A DNA stretch of 64,000 nucleotides, taken from contig OZ024741.1 of the NCBI GenBank assembly GCA_964016885.1, positions 100,440,001 through 100,504,000 on the forward strand. The letters run 5' to 3'. Numbering within the stretch: position 1 is the first letter of the stretch; each line of letters starts with the position of its first letter. The notes under the pieces are model-generated. The model was given only the letters and a program-made list of their open reading frames with translations, was not told where the DNA came from and did not search any database. Position numbers and translations under genes: made by a program. Origin of the DNA: Eledone cirrhosa (taxonomy: Eukaryota). This document shows positions 14,651 to 27,700 of the stretch, in pieces.

Positions 14651-17600
14651 TTTTTCATAGGTGGTGCTTTATGTCCTAATGTGTTATGTTGTAGTGTTTT
14701 ACATAGGTGGTGCTTTATGACGTAGTGTGTTATGTTGTAGTATTTTACATAGGGGGTGCTTTATGTCCTAGTGTGTTATTTTGTAGTGTTTTACATAGGT
14801 AGTGCTTTATGTCCTAGTGTGTTATGTTGTAGTGTTTTACATAGGTTATGCTTTATGTCCTAGTGTGTTATGTTGTAGTGTTTTACATAGGTGGTGCTTT
14901 ATGTCCTAGTGTGTTATGTTGTAGTGTTTTACATAGGTGGTTCTTTATGTCCTAGTGTGTTATGTTGTAGTATTTTACATAGGTGGTGCTTTATGTCTTA
15001 GTGTGTTATGTTGTAGTGTTTTACATAGGTGGTGCTTTATGTCCTAGTGTGTTAAATTGTAGTGTTTTACATAGGTAGTGTAATATGTCCTACTGTGTTA
15101 TCTTGTAGTATTTTACATAGGTGGTGCTTTTTGTCCTAGTGTGTTATGTTGTAGTGTTTTACATGGGTGGTGCTTTATGTCCTAGTGTGTTATATTGTAG
15201 TGTTTTACATAGGTGATGCTTTATGTCCTAGTGTGTTATGTTGTACTGTTTTACATAGGTGGTGCTCTATGTCCTAGTGTGTTATGTTGTAGTATTTTAC
15301 ATAGGTGGTGCTTTATGTCCTAGTGTGTTATGTTGTAGTATTTTACATAGGGGGTGCTTTATGTCCTAGTGTGTTATTTTGTAGTGTTTTACATAGGTAG
15401 TGCTTTATGTCCTAGTGTGTTATGTTGTAGTGTTTTACATAGGTGGTGCTTTATGTCCTAGTGTGTTATGTTGTAGTGTTTTACATAGGTGGTGCTTTAT
15501 GTCCTAGTGTGTTATGTTGTAGTGTTTTACATAGGTGGTGCTTTATGTCCTAATGTGTTATGTTGTAGTGTTTTACATAGGTGGTGCTTTATGTCCTAGT
15601 GTGTTATGTTGTAGTAGTTTACATAGGTTGTGCTTTATGTCCTAGTGTGTTATGTTGTAATATTTTACATAGGGGGTGCTTTATGTCCTAGTGTGTTATT
15701 TTGTAGTGTTTTACATAGGTAGTGCTTTATGTCCTAGTGTGTTATGTTGTAGTGTTTTACATAGGTAGTGCTTTATGTCCTAGTGTGTTATGTTGTAGTG
15801 TTTTACATAGGTTATGCTTTATGTCCTAGTGTGTTATGTTGTAGTGTTTTACATAGGTGGTGCTTTATGTCCTAGTGTGTTATGTTGTAGTGTTTTACAT
15901 AGGTGGTTCTTTATGTCCTAGTGTGTTATGTTGTAGTATTTTACATATGTGGTGCTTTATGTCTTAGTGTGTTATGTTGTAGTGTTTTACATAGGTGGTG
16001 CTTTATGTCCTAGTGTGTTATGTTGTAGTGTTTTACATAGGTAGTGTAATATGTCCTACTGTGTTATGTTGTAGTATTTTACATAGGTGGTGCTTTTTGT
16101 CCTAGTGTGTTATGTTGTAGTGTTTTACATGGGTGGTGCTTTATGTCATAGTGTGTTATATTGTAGTGTTTTACATAGGTGATGCTTTATGTCCTAGTGT
16201 GTTATGTTGTAGTGTTTTACATAGGTCGTGCTCTATGTCCTAGTGTGTTATGTTGTAGTATTTTACATAGGTGGTGCTTTATGTCCTAGTGTGTTATGTT
16301 GTAGTATTTTACATAGGTGGTGCTTTATGTCTTAGTGTGTTATGTTGTAGTGTTTTACATAGGTAGTGTAATATGTCCTACTGTGTTATGTTGTAGTATT
16401 TTACATAGGTGGTGCTTTATGTCCTAGTGTGTTATGTTGTAGTGTTTTACATGGGTGGTGCTTTATGTCCTAGTGTGTTATATTGTAGTGTTTTACATAG
16501 GTGATGCTTTATGTCCTAGTGTGTTATGTTGTAGTATTTTACATAGGGGGTGCTTTATGTCCTAGTGTGTTATTTTGTAGTGTTTTACATAGGTGGTGCT
16601 CTATGTCCTAGTGTGTTATGTTGTAGTATTTTACATAGGTGGTGCTTTTTGTCCTAGTGTGTTATGTTGTAGTGTTTTACATGGGTGGTGCTTTATGTCC
16701 TAGTGTGTTATATTGTAGTGTTTTACATAGGTGATGCTTTATGTCCTAGTGTGTTATGTTGTAGTGTTTTACATAGGTGGTGCTCTATGTCCTAGTGTGT
16801 TATGTTGTAGTATTTTACATAGGTGGTGCTTTATGTCCTATTGTGTTATGTTGTAGTATTTTACATAGGGGGTGCTTTATGTCCTAGTGTGTTATTTTGT
16901 AGTGTTTTACATAGGTAGTGCTTTATGTCCTAGTGTGTTATGTTGTAGTGTTTTACATAGGTGGTGCTTTATGTCCTAGTGTGTTATGTTGTAGTGTTTT
17001 TCATAGGTGGTGCTTTATGTCCTAATGTGTTATGTTGTAGTGTTTTACATAGGGGGTTCTTTATGTCCTAGTGTGTTATGTTGTAGTATTTTACATAGGT
17101 GGTGCTTTATGTCTTAGTGTGTTATGTTGTAGTGTTTTACATAGGTAGTGTAATATGTCCTACTGTGTTATGTTGTAGTATTTTACATAGGTGGTGCTTT
17201 ATGTCCTAGTGTGTTATGTTGTAGTGTTTTACATGGGTGGTGCTTTATGTCCTAGTGTGTTATATTGTAGTGTTTTACATAGGTGATGCTTTATGTCCTA
17301 GTGTGTTATGTTGTAGTATTTTACATAGGGGGTGCTTTATGTCCTAGTGTGTTATTTTGTAGTGTTTTACATAGGTGGTGCTCTATGTCCTAGTGTGTTA
17401 TGTTGTAGTATTTTACATAGGTGGTGCTTTATGTCCTAGTGTGTTATGTTGTAGTATTTTACATAGGTGGTGCTTAATGTCCTAGTGTGTTATGTTGTAG
17501 TGTTTTACATAGGTGATGCTTTATGTCCTAATGTGTTATGTTGTAGTGTTTTACATAGGTGGTGCTTTATGTCCTAGTGTGTTATGCTGTAGTGTTTTAC

Positions 17601-20600
17601 ATACGTGGTGCTTTATGTCCTAGTGTGTTATGTTGTAGTGTTTTACATAGGTGGTGCTTTATGTCCTAGTGTGTTATGTTGTAGTATGTTACATAGGTGG
17701 TGCTTTATGTCCTAATGTGGTATGTTGTAGTGTTTTACATAGGTGGTGCTTTATGTCCTAGTGTGTTATGTTGTAGTAGTTTACATAGGTTGTGCTTTAT
17801 GTCCTAGTGTGTTATGTTGTAATATTTTACATAGGGGGTGCTTTATGTCCTAGTGTGTTATTTTGTAGTGTTTTACATAGGTAGTGCTTTATGTCCTAGT
17901 GTGTTATGTTGTAGTGTTTTACATAGGTGGTGCTTTATGTCCTAGTGTGTTATGTTGTAGTGTTTTTCATAGGTGGTGCTTTATGTCCTAATGTGTTATG
18001 TTGTAGTGTTTTACATAGGTGGTGCTTTATGACGTAGTGTGTTATGTTGTAGTATTTTACATAGGGGGTGCTTTATGTCCTAGTGTGTTATTTTGTAGTG
18101 TTTTACATAGGTAGTGCTTTATGTCCTAGTGTGTTATGTTGTAGTGTTTTACATAGGTTATGCTTTATGTCCTAGTGTGTTATGTTGTAGTGTTTTACAT
18201 AGGTGGTGCTTTATGTCCTAGTGTGTTATGTTGTAGTGTTTTACATAGGTGGTTCTTTATGTCCTAGTGTGTTATGTTGTAGTATTTTACATAGGTGGTG
18301 CTTTATGTCTTAGTGTGTTATGTTGTAGTGTTTTACATAGGTGGTGCTTTATGTCCTAGTGTGTTAAATTGTAGTGTTTTACATAGGTAGTGTAATATGT
18401 CCTACTGTGTTATCTTGTAGTATTTTACATAGGTGGTGCTTTTTGTCCTAGTGTGTTATGTTGTAGTGTTTTACATGGGTGGTGCTTTATGTCCTAGTGT
18501 GTTATATTGTAGTGTTTTACATAGGTGATGCTTTATGTCCTAGTGTGTTATGTTGTACTGTTTTACATAGGTGGTGCTCTATGTCCTAGTGTGTTATGTT
18601 GTAGTATTTTACATAGGTGGTGCTTTATGTCCTAGTGTGTTATGTTGTAGTATTTTACATAGGGGGTGCTTTATGTCCTAGTGTGTTATTTTGTAGTGTT
18701 TTACATAGGTAGTGCTTTATGTCCTAGTGTGTTATGTTGTAGTGTTTTACATAGGTGGTGCTTTATGTCCTAGTGTGTTATGTTGTAGTGTTTTACATAG
18801 GTGGTGCTTTATGTCCTAGTGTGTTATGTTGTAGTGTTTTACATAGGTGGTGCTTTATGTCCTAATGTGTTATGTTGTAGTGTTTTACATAGGTGGTGCT
18901 TTATGTCCTAGTGTGTTATGTTGTAGTAGTTTACATAGGTTGTGCTTTATGTCCTAGTGTGTTATGTTGTAATATTTTACATAGGGGGTGCTTTATGTCC
19001 TAGTGTGTTATTTTGTAGTGTTTTACATAGGTAGTGCTTTATGTCCTAGTGTGTTATGTTGTAGTGTTTTACATAGGTAGTGCTTTATGTCCTAGTGTGT
19101 TATGTTGTAGTGTTTTACATAGGTTATGCTTTATGTCCTAGTGTGTTATGTTGTAGTGTTTTACATAGGTGGTGCTTTATGTCCTAGTGTGTTATGTTGT
19201 AGTGTTTTACATAGGTGGTTCTTTATGTCCTAGTGTGTTATGTTGTAGTATTTTACATATGTGGTGCTTTATGTCTTAGTGTGTTATGTTGTAGTGTTTT
19301 ACATAGGTGGTGCTTTATGTCCTAGTGTGTTATGTTGTAGTGTTTTACATAGGTAGTGTAATATGTCCTACTGTGTTATGTTGTAGTATTTTACATAGGT
19401 GGTGCTTTTTGTCCTAGTGTGTTATGTTGTAGTGTTTTACATGGGTGGTGCTTTATGTCATAGTGTGTTATATTGTAGTGTTTTACATAGGTGATGCTTT
19501 ATGTCCTAGTGTGTTATGTTGTAGTGTTTTACATAGGTCGTGCTCTATGTCCTAGTGTGTTATGTTGTAGTATTTTACATAGGTGGTGCTTTATGTCCTA
19601 GTGTGTTATGTTGTAGTATTTTACATAGGTGGTGCTTTATGTCTTAGTGTGTTATGTTGTAGTGTTTTACATAGGTAGTGTAATATGTCCTACTGTGTTA
19701 TGTTGTAGTATTTTACATAGGTGGTGCTTTATGTCCTAGTGTGTTATGTTGTAGTGTTTTACATGGGTGGTGCTTTATGTCCTAGTGTGTTATATTGTAG
19801 TGTTTTACATAGGTGATGCTTTATGTCCTAGTGTGTTATGTTGTAGTATTTTACATAGGGGGTGCTTTATGTCCTAGTGTGTTATTTTGTAGTGTTTTAC
19901 ATAGGTGGTGCTCTATGTCCTAGTGTGTTATGTTGTAGTATTTTACATAGGTGGTGCTTTTTGTCCTAGTGTGTTATGTTGTAGTGTTTTACATGGGTGG
20001 TGCTTTATGTCCTAGTGTGTTATATTGTAGTGTTTTACATAGGTGATGCTTTATGTCCTAGTGTGTTATGTTGTAGTGTTTTACATAGGTGGTGCTCTAT
20101 GTCCTAGTGTGTTATGTTGTAGTATTTTACATAGGTGGTGCTTTATGTCCTATTGTGTTATGTTGTAGTATTTTACATAGGGGGTGCTTTATGTCCTAGT
20201 GTGTTATTTTGTAGTGTTTTACATAGGTAGTGCTTTATGTCCTAGTGTGTTATGTTGTAGTGTTTTACATAGGTGGTGCTTTATGTCCTAGTGTGTTATG
20301 TTGTAGTGTTTTTCATAGGTGGTGCTTTATGTCCTAATGTGTTATGTTGTAGTGTTTTACATAGGGGGTTCTTTATGTCCTAGTGTGTTATGTTGTAGTA
20401 TTTTACATAGGTGGTGCTTTATGTCTTAGTGTGTTATGTTGTAGTGTTTTACATAGGTAGTGTAATATGTCCTACTGTGTTATGTTGTAGTATTTTACAT
20501 AGGTGGTGCTTTATGTCCTAGTGTGTTATGTTGTAGTGTTTTACATGGGTGGTGCTTTATGTCCTAGTGTGTTATATTGTAGTGTTTTACATAGGTGATG

Positions 20601-21120
20601 CTTTATGTCCTAGTGTGTTATGTTGTAGTATTTTACATAGGGGGTGCTTTATGTCCTAGTGTGTTATTTTGTAGTGTTTTACATAGGTGGTGCTCTATGT
20701 CCTAGTGTGTTATGTTGTAGTATTTTACATAGGTGGTGCTTTATGTCCTAGTGTGTTATGTTGTAGTATTTTACATAGGTGGTGCTTAATGTCCTAGTGT
20801 GTTATGTTGTAGTGTTTTACATAGGTGATGCTTTATGTCCTAATGTGTTATGTTGTAGTGTTTTACATAGGTGGTGCTTTATGTCCTAGTGTGTTATGCT
20901 GTAGTGTTTTACATACGTGGTGCTTTATGTCCTAGTGTGTTATGTTGTAGTGTTTTACATAGGTGGTGCTTTATGTCCTAGTGTGTTATGTTGTAGTATG
21001 TTACATAGGTGGTGCTTTATGTCCTAATGTGGTATGTTGTAGTGTTTTACATAGGTGGTGCTTTATGTCCTAGTGTGTTATGTTGTAGTAGTTTACATAG
21101 GTTGTGCTTTATGTCCTAGT
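14290..21120. repeat. Block duplication, period 3,312 bp (72 monomers), 2 copies, followed by a partial third copy to about 22,880
   Basis: Paired variants at offset 3312: TTATCTTGTAG (15102/18414) and AGGTCGTG (16227/19539), plus CATATGTGG, GTCATAG and TTAAATTGT. TTAAATTGT occurs a third time at about 21861. Confidence 0.88.
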
Positions 21121-22879
21121 GTGTTATTTTGTAGTGTTTTACATAGGTGGTGCTTTATGTCCTAGTGTGTTATGTTGTAGTGTTTTTCATAGGTGGTGCT
21201 TTATGTCCTAGTGTGTTATGTTGTAGTATGTTACATAGGTGGTGCTTTATGTCCTAATGTGGTATGTTGTAGTGTTTTACATAGGTGGTGCTTTATGTCC
21301 TAGTGTGTTATGTTGTAATATTTTACATAGGGGGTGCTTTATGTCCTAGTGTGTTATTTTGTAGTGTTTTACATAGGTAGTGCTTTATGTCCTAGTGTGT
21401 TATGTTGTAGTGTTTTACATAGGTGGTGCTTTATGTCCTAGTGTGTTATGTTGTAGTGTTTTTCATAGGTGGTGCTTTATGTCCTAATGTGTTATGTTGT
21501 AGTGTTTTACATAGGTGGTGCTTTATGACGTAGTGTGTTATGTTGTAGTATTTTACATAGGGGGTGCTTTATGTCCTAGTGTGTTATTTTGTAGTGTTTT
21601 ACATAGGTAGTGCTTTATGTCCTAGTGTGTTATGTTGTAGTGTTTTACATAGGTTATGCTTTATGTCCTAGTGTGTTATGTTGTAGTGTTTTACATAGGT
21701 GGTGCTTTATGTCCTAGTGTGTTATGTTGTAGTGTTTTACATAGGTGGTTCTTTATGTCCTAGTGTGTTATGTTGTAGTATTTTACATAGGTGGTGCTTT
21801 ATGTCTTAGTGTGTTATGTTGTAGTGTTTTACATAGGTGGTGCTTTATGTCCTAGTGTGTTAAATTGTAGTGTTTTACATAGGTAGTGTAATATGTCCTA
21901 CTGTGTTATGTTGTAGTATTTTACATAGGTGGTGCTTTTTGTCCTAGTGTGTTATGTTGTAGTGTTTTACATGGGTGGTGCTTTATGTCCTAGTGTGTTA
22001 TATTGTAGTGTTTTACATAGGTGATGCTTTATGTCCTAGTGTGTTATGTTGTACTGTTTTACATAGGTGGTGCTCTATGTCCTAGTGTGTTATGTTGTAG
22101 TATTTTACATAGGTGGTGCTTTATGTCCTAGTGTGTTATGTTGTAGTATTTTACATAGGGGGTGCTTTATGTCCTAGTGTGTTATTTTGTAGTGTTTTAC
22201 ATAGGTAGTGCTTTATGTCCTAGTGTGTTATGTTGTAGTGTTTTACATAGGTGGTGCTTTATGTCCTAGTGTGTTATGTTGTAGTGTTTTACATAGGTGG
22301 TGCTTTATGTCCTAGTGTGTTATGTTGTAGTGTTTTACATAGGTGGTGCTTTATGCCCTAATGTGTTATGTTGTAGTGTTTTACATAGGTGGTGCTTTAT
22401 GTCCTAGTGTGTTATGTTGTAGTAGTTTACATAGGTTGTGCTTTATGTCCTAGTGTGTTATGTTGTAATATTTTACATAGGGGGTGCTTTATGTCCTAGT
22501 GTGTTATTTTGTAGTGTTTTACATAGGTAGTGCTTTATGTCCTAGTGTGTTATGTTGTAGTGTTTTACATAGGTAGTGCTTTATGTCCTAGTGTGTTATG
22601 TTGTAGTGTTTTACATAGGTTATGCTTTATGTCCTAGTGTGTTATGTTGTAGTGTTTTACATAGGTGGTGCTTTATGTCCTAGTGTGTTATGTTGTAGTG
22701 TTTTACATAGGTGGTTCTTTATGTCCTAGTGTGTTATGTTGTAGTATTTTACATAGGTGGTGCTTTATGTCTTAGTGTGTTATGTTGTAGTGTTTTACAT
22801 AGGTGGTGCTTTATGTCCTAGTGTGTTATGTTGTAGTGTTTTACATAGGTAGTGTAATATGTCCTACTGTGTTATGTTG

Positions 22880-24780
22880 TAGTGTTTTACATAGGTGGTG
22901 CTTTATGTCCTAGTGTGTTATGCTGTAGTGTTTTACATACGTGGTGCTTTATGTCCTAGTGTGTTATGTTGTAGTGTTTTACATAGGTGGTGCTTTATGT
23001 CCTAGTGTGTTATGTTGTAGTATGTTACATAGGTGGTGCTTTATGTCCTAGTGTGTTATGTGGTAGTGTTTTACATAGGTGGTGCTTTATGTCCTAGTGT
23101 GTTATGTTGTAGTGTTTTACATAGGTGGTGCTTTATGTCCTAGTGTGTTATGTTGTAGTATTTTACATAGGTGGTGCTTTATGTCCTAGTGTGTTATGTT
23201 GTAGTATTTTACATAGGGGTGCTTTATGTCCTAGTGTGTTATGTTGTAGTGTTTTACATAGGTAGTGCTTTATGTTGTAGTGTTTTACATAGGTAGTGCT
23301 TTATGTCCTAGTGTGTTATGTTGTAGTGTTTTACATAGGTGGTGCTTTATGTCCTAGTGTGTTATGTTGTAGTGTTTTACATAGGTGCTGCTTTATGTCC
23401 TAGTGTGTTATGTTGTAGTGTTTTAAATAGGTGGTGTTTTATGTCCTAGTGTGTTACGTTGTAGTGTTTTACATAGGTGGTGCTTTATGTCCTAGTGTGT
23501 TATGTTGTAGTGTTTTACATAGGTGGTGCTTTATGTCCTAATGTGTTATGTTGTAGTGTTTTACATAGGTGGTGCTTTATGTCCTAGTGTGTTATGTTGT
23601 AGTAGTTTACGTAGGTTGTGCTTTATGTCCTAGTGTGTTATGTTGTAATAATTTACATAGGGGGTGCTTTATGTCCTAGTGTGTTATTTTGTAGTGTTTT
23701 TCATAGGTAGTGCTTTATGTCCTAGTGTGTTATGTTGTAGTGTTTTACATAGGTGGTGCTTTATGTCCTAGTGTGTTATGTTGTAGTGTTTTTCATAGGT
23801 GGTGCTTTATGTCCTAATGTGTTATGTTGTAGTGTTTTACATAGATGGTGCTTTATCTCCTAGTGTGTTATGTTGTAGTGTTTTACATAGGTGGTGCTTT
23901 ATGTCCTAGTGTGTTATGCTGTAGTGTTTTACATACGTGGTGCTTTATGTCCTAGTGTGTTATGTTGTAGTGTTTTACATAGGTGGTGCTTTATGTCCTA
24001 GTGTGTTATGTTGTAGTATGTTACATAGGTGGTGCTTTATGTCCTAGTGTGTTATGTGGTAGTGTTTTACATAGGTGGTGCTTTATGTCCTAGTGTGTTA
24101 TGTTGTAGTGTTTTACATAGGTGGTGCTTTATGTCCTAGTGTGTTATGTTGTAGTATTTTACATAGGTGGTGCTTTATGTCCTAGTGTGTTATGTTGTAG
24201 TATTTTACATAGGGGTGCTTTATGTCCTAGTGTGTTATGTTGTAGTGTTTTACATAGGTAGTGCTTTATGTTGTAGTGTTTTACATAGGTAGTGCTTTAT
24301 GTCCTAGTGTGTTATGTTGTAGTGTTTTACATAGGTGGTGCTTTATGTCCTAGTGTGTTATGTTGTAGTGTTTTACATAGGTGCTGCTTTATGTCCTAGT
24401 GTGTTATGTTGTAGTGTTTTAAATAGGTGGTGTTTTATGTCCTAGTGTGTTACGTTGTAGTGTTTTACATAGGTGGTGCTTTATGTCCTAGTGTGTTATG
24501 TTGTAGTGTTTTACATAGGTGGTGCTTTATGTCCTAATGTGTTATGTTGTAGTGTTTTACATAGGTGGTGCTTTATGTCCTAGTGTGTTATGTTGTAGTA
24601 GTTTACGTAGGTTGTGCTTTATGTCCTAGTGTGTTATGTTGTAATAATTTACATAGGGGGTGCTTTATGTCCTAGTGTGTTATTTTGTAGTGTTTTTCAT
24701 AGGTAGTGCTTTATGTCCTAGTGTGTTATGTTGTAGTGTTTTACATAGGTGGTGCTTTATGTCCTAGTGTGTTATGTTGT
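22880..24780. repeat. Block duplication, period 996 bp (22 monomers including one 45-bp and one 31-bp monomer)
   Basis: The 31-bp deletion monomer occurs at about 23271 and 24267. TTACGTAGG, TAATAATTT and GTTACGTT recur in the same order. Confidence 0.8.
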
Positions 24781-27700
24781 AGTGTTTTACATAGGTGGTG
24801 CTTTATGACCTAGTGTGTTATGTTGTAGTATTTTACATAGGTGGTGTTTTATGTCCTAGTGTGTTATGTTGTAGTGTTTTACATAGGTGGTGCTTTATGT
24901 CCTAGTGTGTTATGTTGTAGTGTTTTACATAGGTGGTGCTTTATGTCCTAATGTGTTATGTTGTAGTGTTTTACATAGATGGTGCTTTATCTCCTAGTGT
25001 GTTATGTTGTAGTATTTTACATAGGTTGTGCTTTATGTCCTAGTGTGTTATGTTGTAGTATTTTACATAGGGGGTGCTTTATATCCTAGTGTGTTATTTT
25101 GTAGTGTTTTACATAGGTAGTGCTTTATGTCCTAGTGTGTTATGTTGTAGTGTTTTACATAGGTGGTGCTTTATGTCCTAGTGTGTTATGTTGTAGTGTT
25201 TTACATAGGTGGTGCTTTATGTCCTAGTGTGTTATGTTGTAGTGTTTTACATAGGTGGTTCTTTATGTCCTAGTGTGTTATGTTGTAGTATTTTACATAG
25301 GTGGTGCTTTATGTCTTAGTGTGTTATGTTGTAGTGTTTTATATAGGTGGTGCTTTATGTCCTAGTGTGTTATGTTGTAGTGTTTTACATAGGTAGTGCT
25401 TTATGTCCTAGTGTGTTATGTTGTAGTATCTTACATAGGTGGTGCTTAATGTCCTAGTGTGTTATATTGTAGTATTTTACATAGGTTGTGCTTTATCTCC
25501 TAGTGTGTTATGTTGTAGTGTTTTACATAGGTGGTGCTTTATGTCCTAGTGTGTTATGTTGTAGTGTTTTACATAGGTGGTGCTGTATGCCCTAGTGTGT
25601 TATGTTCTAGTATTTTACATAGGTGGTGCTTTATGTCCTAGTGTGTTATGTTGTAGTATTTTACATAGGTGGTGCTTTATGTCCTAATGTGTTATGTTGT
25701 AGTGTTTAACATAGGTGGTGCTTTATGTCCTAGTGTGTTATGTTGTAGTGTTTTACATAGGTGGTGCTTTATGTCCTAGTGTGTTATGTTGTAGTGTTTT
25801 TCATAGGTGGTGCTTTATGTCCTAATGTGTTATGTTGTAGTGTTTTACATAGGTGGTGCTTTATGTCCTAGTGTGTTATGTTGTAGTATTTTACATAGGT
25901 TGTGCTTTATGTCCTAGTGTGTTATGTTGTAGTATTTTACATAGGGGTGCTTTATGTCCTAGTGTGTTATGTTGTAGTGTTTTACATAGGTAGTGCTTTA
26001 TGTCCTAATGTGTTATGTTGTAGTGTTTAACATAGGTGGTGCTTTATGTCCTAGTGTGTTATGTTGTAGTGTTTTACATAGGTGGTGCTTTATGTCCTAG
26101 TGTGTTATGTTGTAGTGTTTTTCATAGGTGGTGCTTTATGTCCTAATGTGTTATGTTGTAGTGTTTTACATAGGTGGTGCTTTGTGTCCTAGTGTGTTAT
26201 GTTGTAGTGTTTACATAGGTGGTGCTTTATGTCCTAGTGTGTTATGTTGTAGTATTTTACATAGGTGGTGCTTTATGTCCTAGTGTGTTATATTGTAGTG
26301 TTTACATAGGTGGTGCTTTATGACCTAGTGTGTTATGTTGAAGTATTTTACATAGGTGGTGCTTTATGTCCTAGTGTGTTATGTTGTAGTATTTTACATA
26401 GGTGGTGCTTTATGTCCTAGTGTGTTATGTTGTAGTATTTTACATAGGTTGTGCTTTATATCCTAGTGTGTTATGTTGTAGTATTTTACATAGGGGTGCT
26501 TTATGTCCTAGTGTGTTATGTTGTAGTCTTTTACATAGGTGGTGCTTTATGTCCTAGTGTGTTATATTGTAGTGTTTAAATAGGTGGTGCTTTATGACCT
26601 AGTGTGTTATGTTGAAGTATTTTACATAGGTGGTGCTTTATGTCCTAGTGTGTTATGTTGTAGTATTTTACATAGGTGGTGCTTTATGTCCTAGTGTGTT
26701 ATGTTGTAGTATTTTACATAGGTTGTGCTTTATGTCCTAGTGTGTTATGTTGTAGTATTTTACATAGGGGTGCTTTATGTCCTAGTGTGTTATGTTGTAG
26801 TGTTTTAAATAGGTGGTGTTTTATGTCCTAGTGTGTTACGTTGTAGTGTTTTACATAAGTGGTGCTTTATGTCCTAGTGTGTTTTGTTGTAGTGTTTTAC
26901 ATAGGTGGTGCTTTATGTCCTAATGTGTTATGTTGTAGTGTTTTACATAGGTGGTGCTTTATGTCCTAATGTGTTATGTTGTAGTGTTTTACATAGGTGG
27001 TGCTTTATGACCTAGTGTGTTATGTTGTAGTATTTTACATAGGTGGTGTTTTATGTCCTAGTGTGTTATGTTGTAGTGTTTTACATAGGTGGTGCTTTAT
27101 GTCCTAGTGTGTTATGTTGTAGTGTTTTTCATAGGTGGTGCTTTATGTCCTAATGTGTTATGTTGTAGTGTTTTACATAGGTGGTGCTTTATGACCTAGT
27201 ATGTCATGTTGTAGTATTTTACATAGGTGGTGTTTTATGTCCTAGTGTGTTATGTTGTAGTGTTTTACATAGGTGGTGCTTTATGTCCTAGTGTGTTATG
27301 TTGTAGTGTTTTACATAGGTGGTGCTTTATGTCCTAATGTGTTATGTTGTAGTGTTTTACATAGATGGTGCTTTATCTCCTAGTGTGTTATGTTGTAGTA
27401 TTTTACATAGGTTGTGCTTTATGTCCTAGTGTGTTATGTTGTAGTATTTTACATAGGTGGTGCTTTATGTCCTAGTGTGTTATGTTGTAGTATTTTACAT
27501 AGGTGGTGCTTTATGTCCTAGTGTGTTATGTTGTAGTATTTTACATAGGTGGTGCTTAATGTCCTAGTGTGTTATGTTGTAGTGTTTTACATAGGTGATG
27601 CTTTATGTCCTAATGTGTTATGTTGTAGTGTTTTACATAGGTGGTGCTTTATGTCCTAGTGTGTTATGCTGTAGTGTTTTACATACGTGGTGCTTTATGT

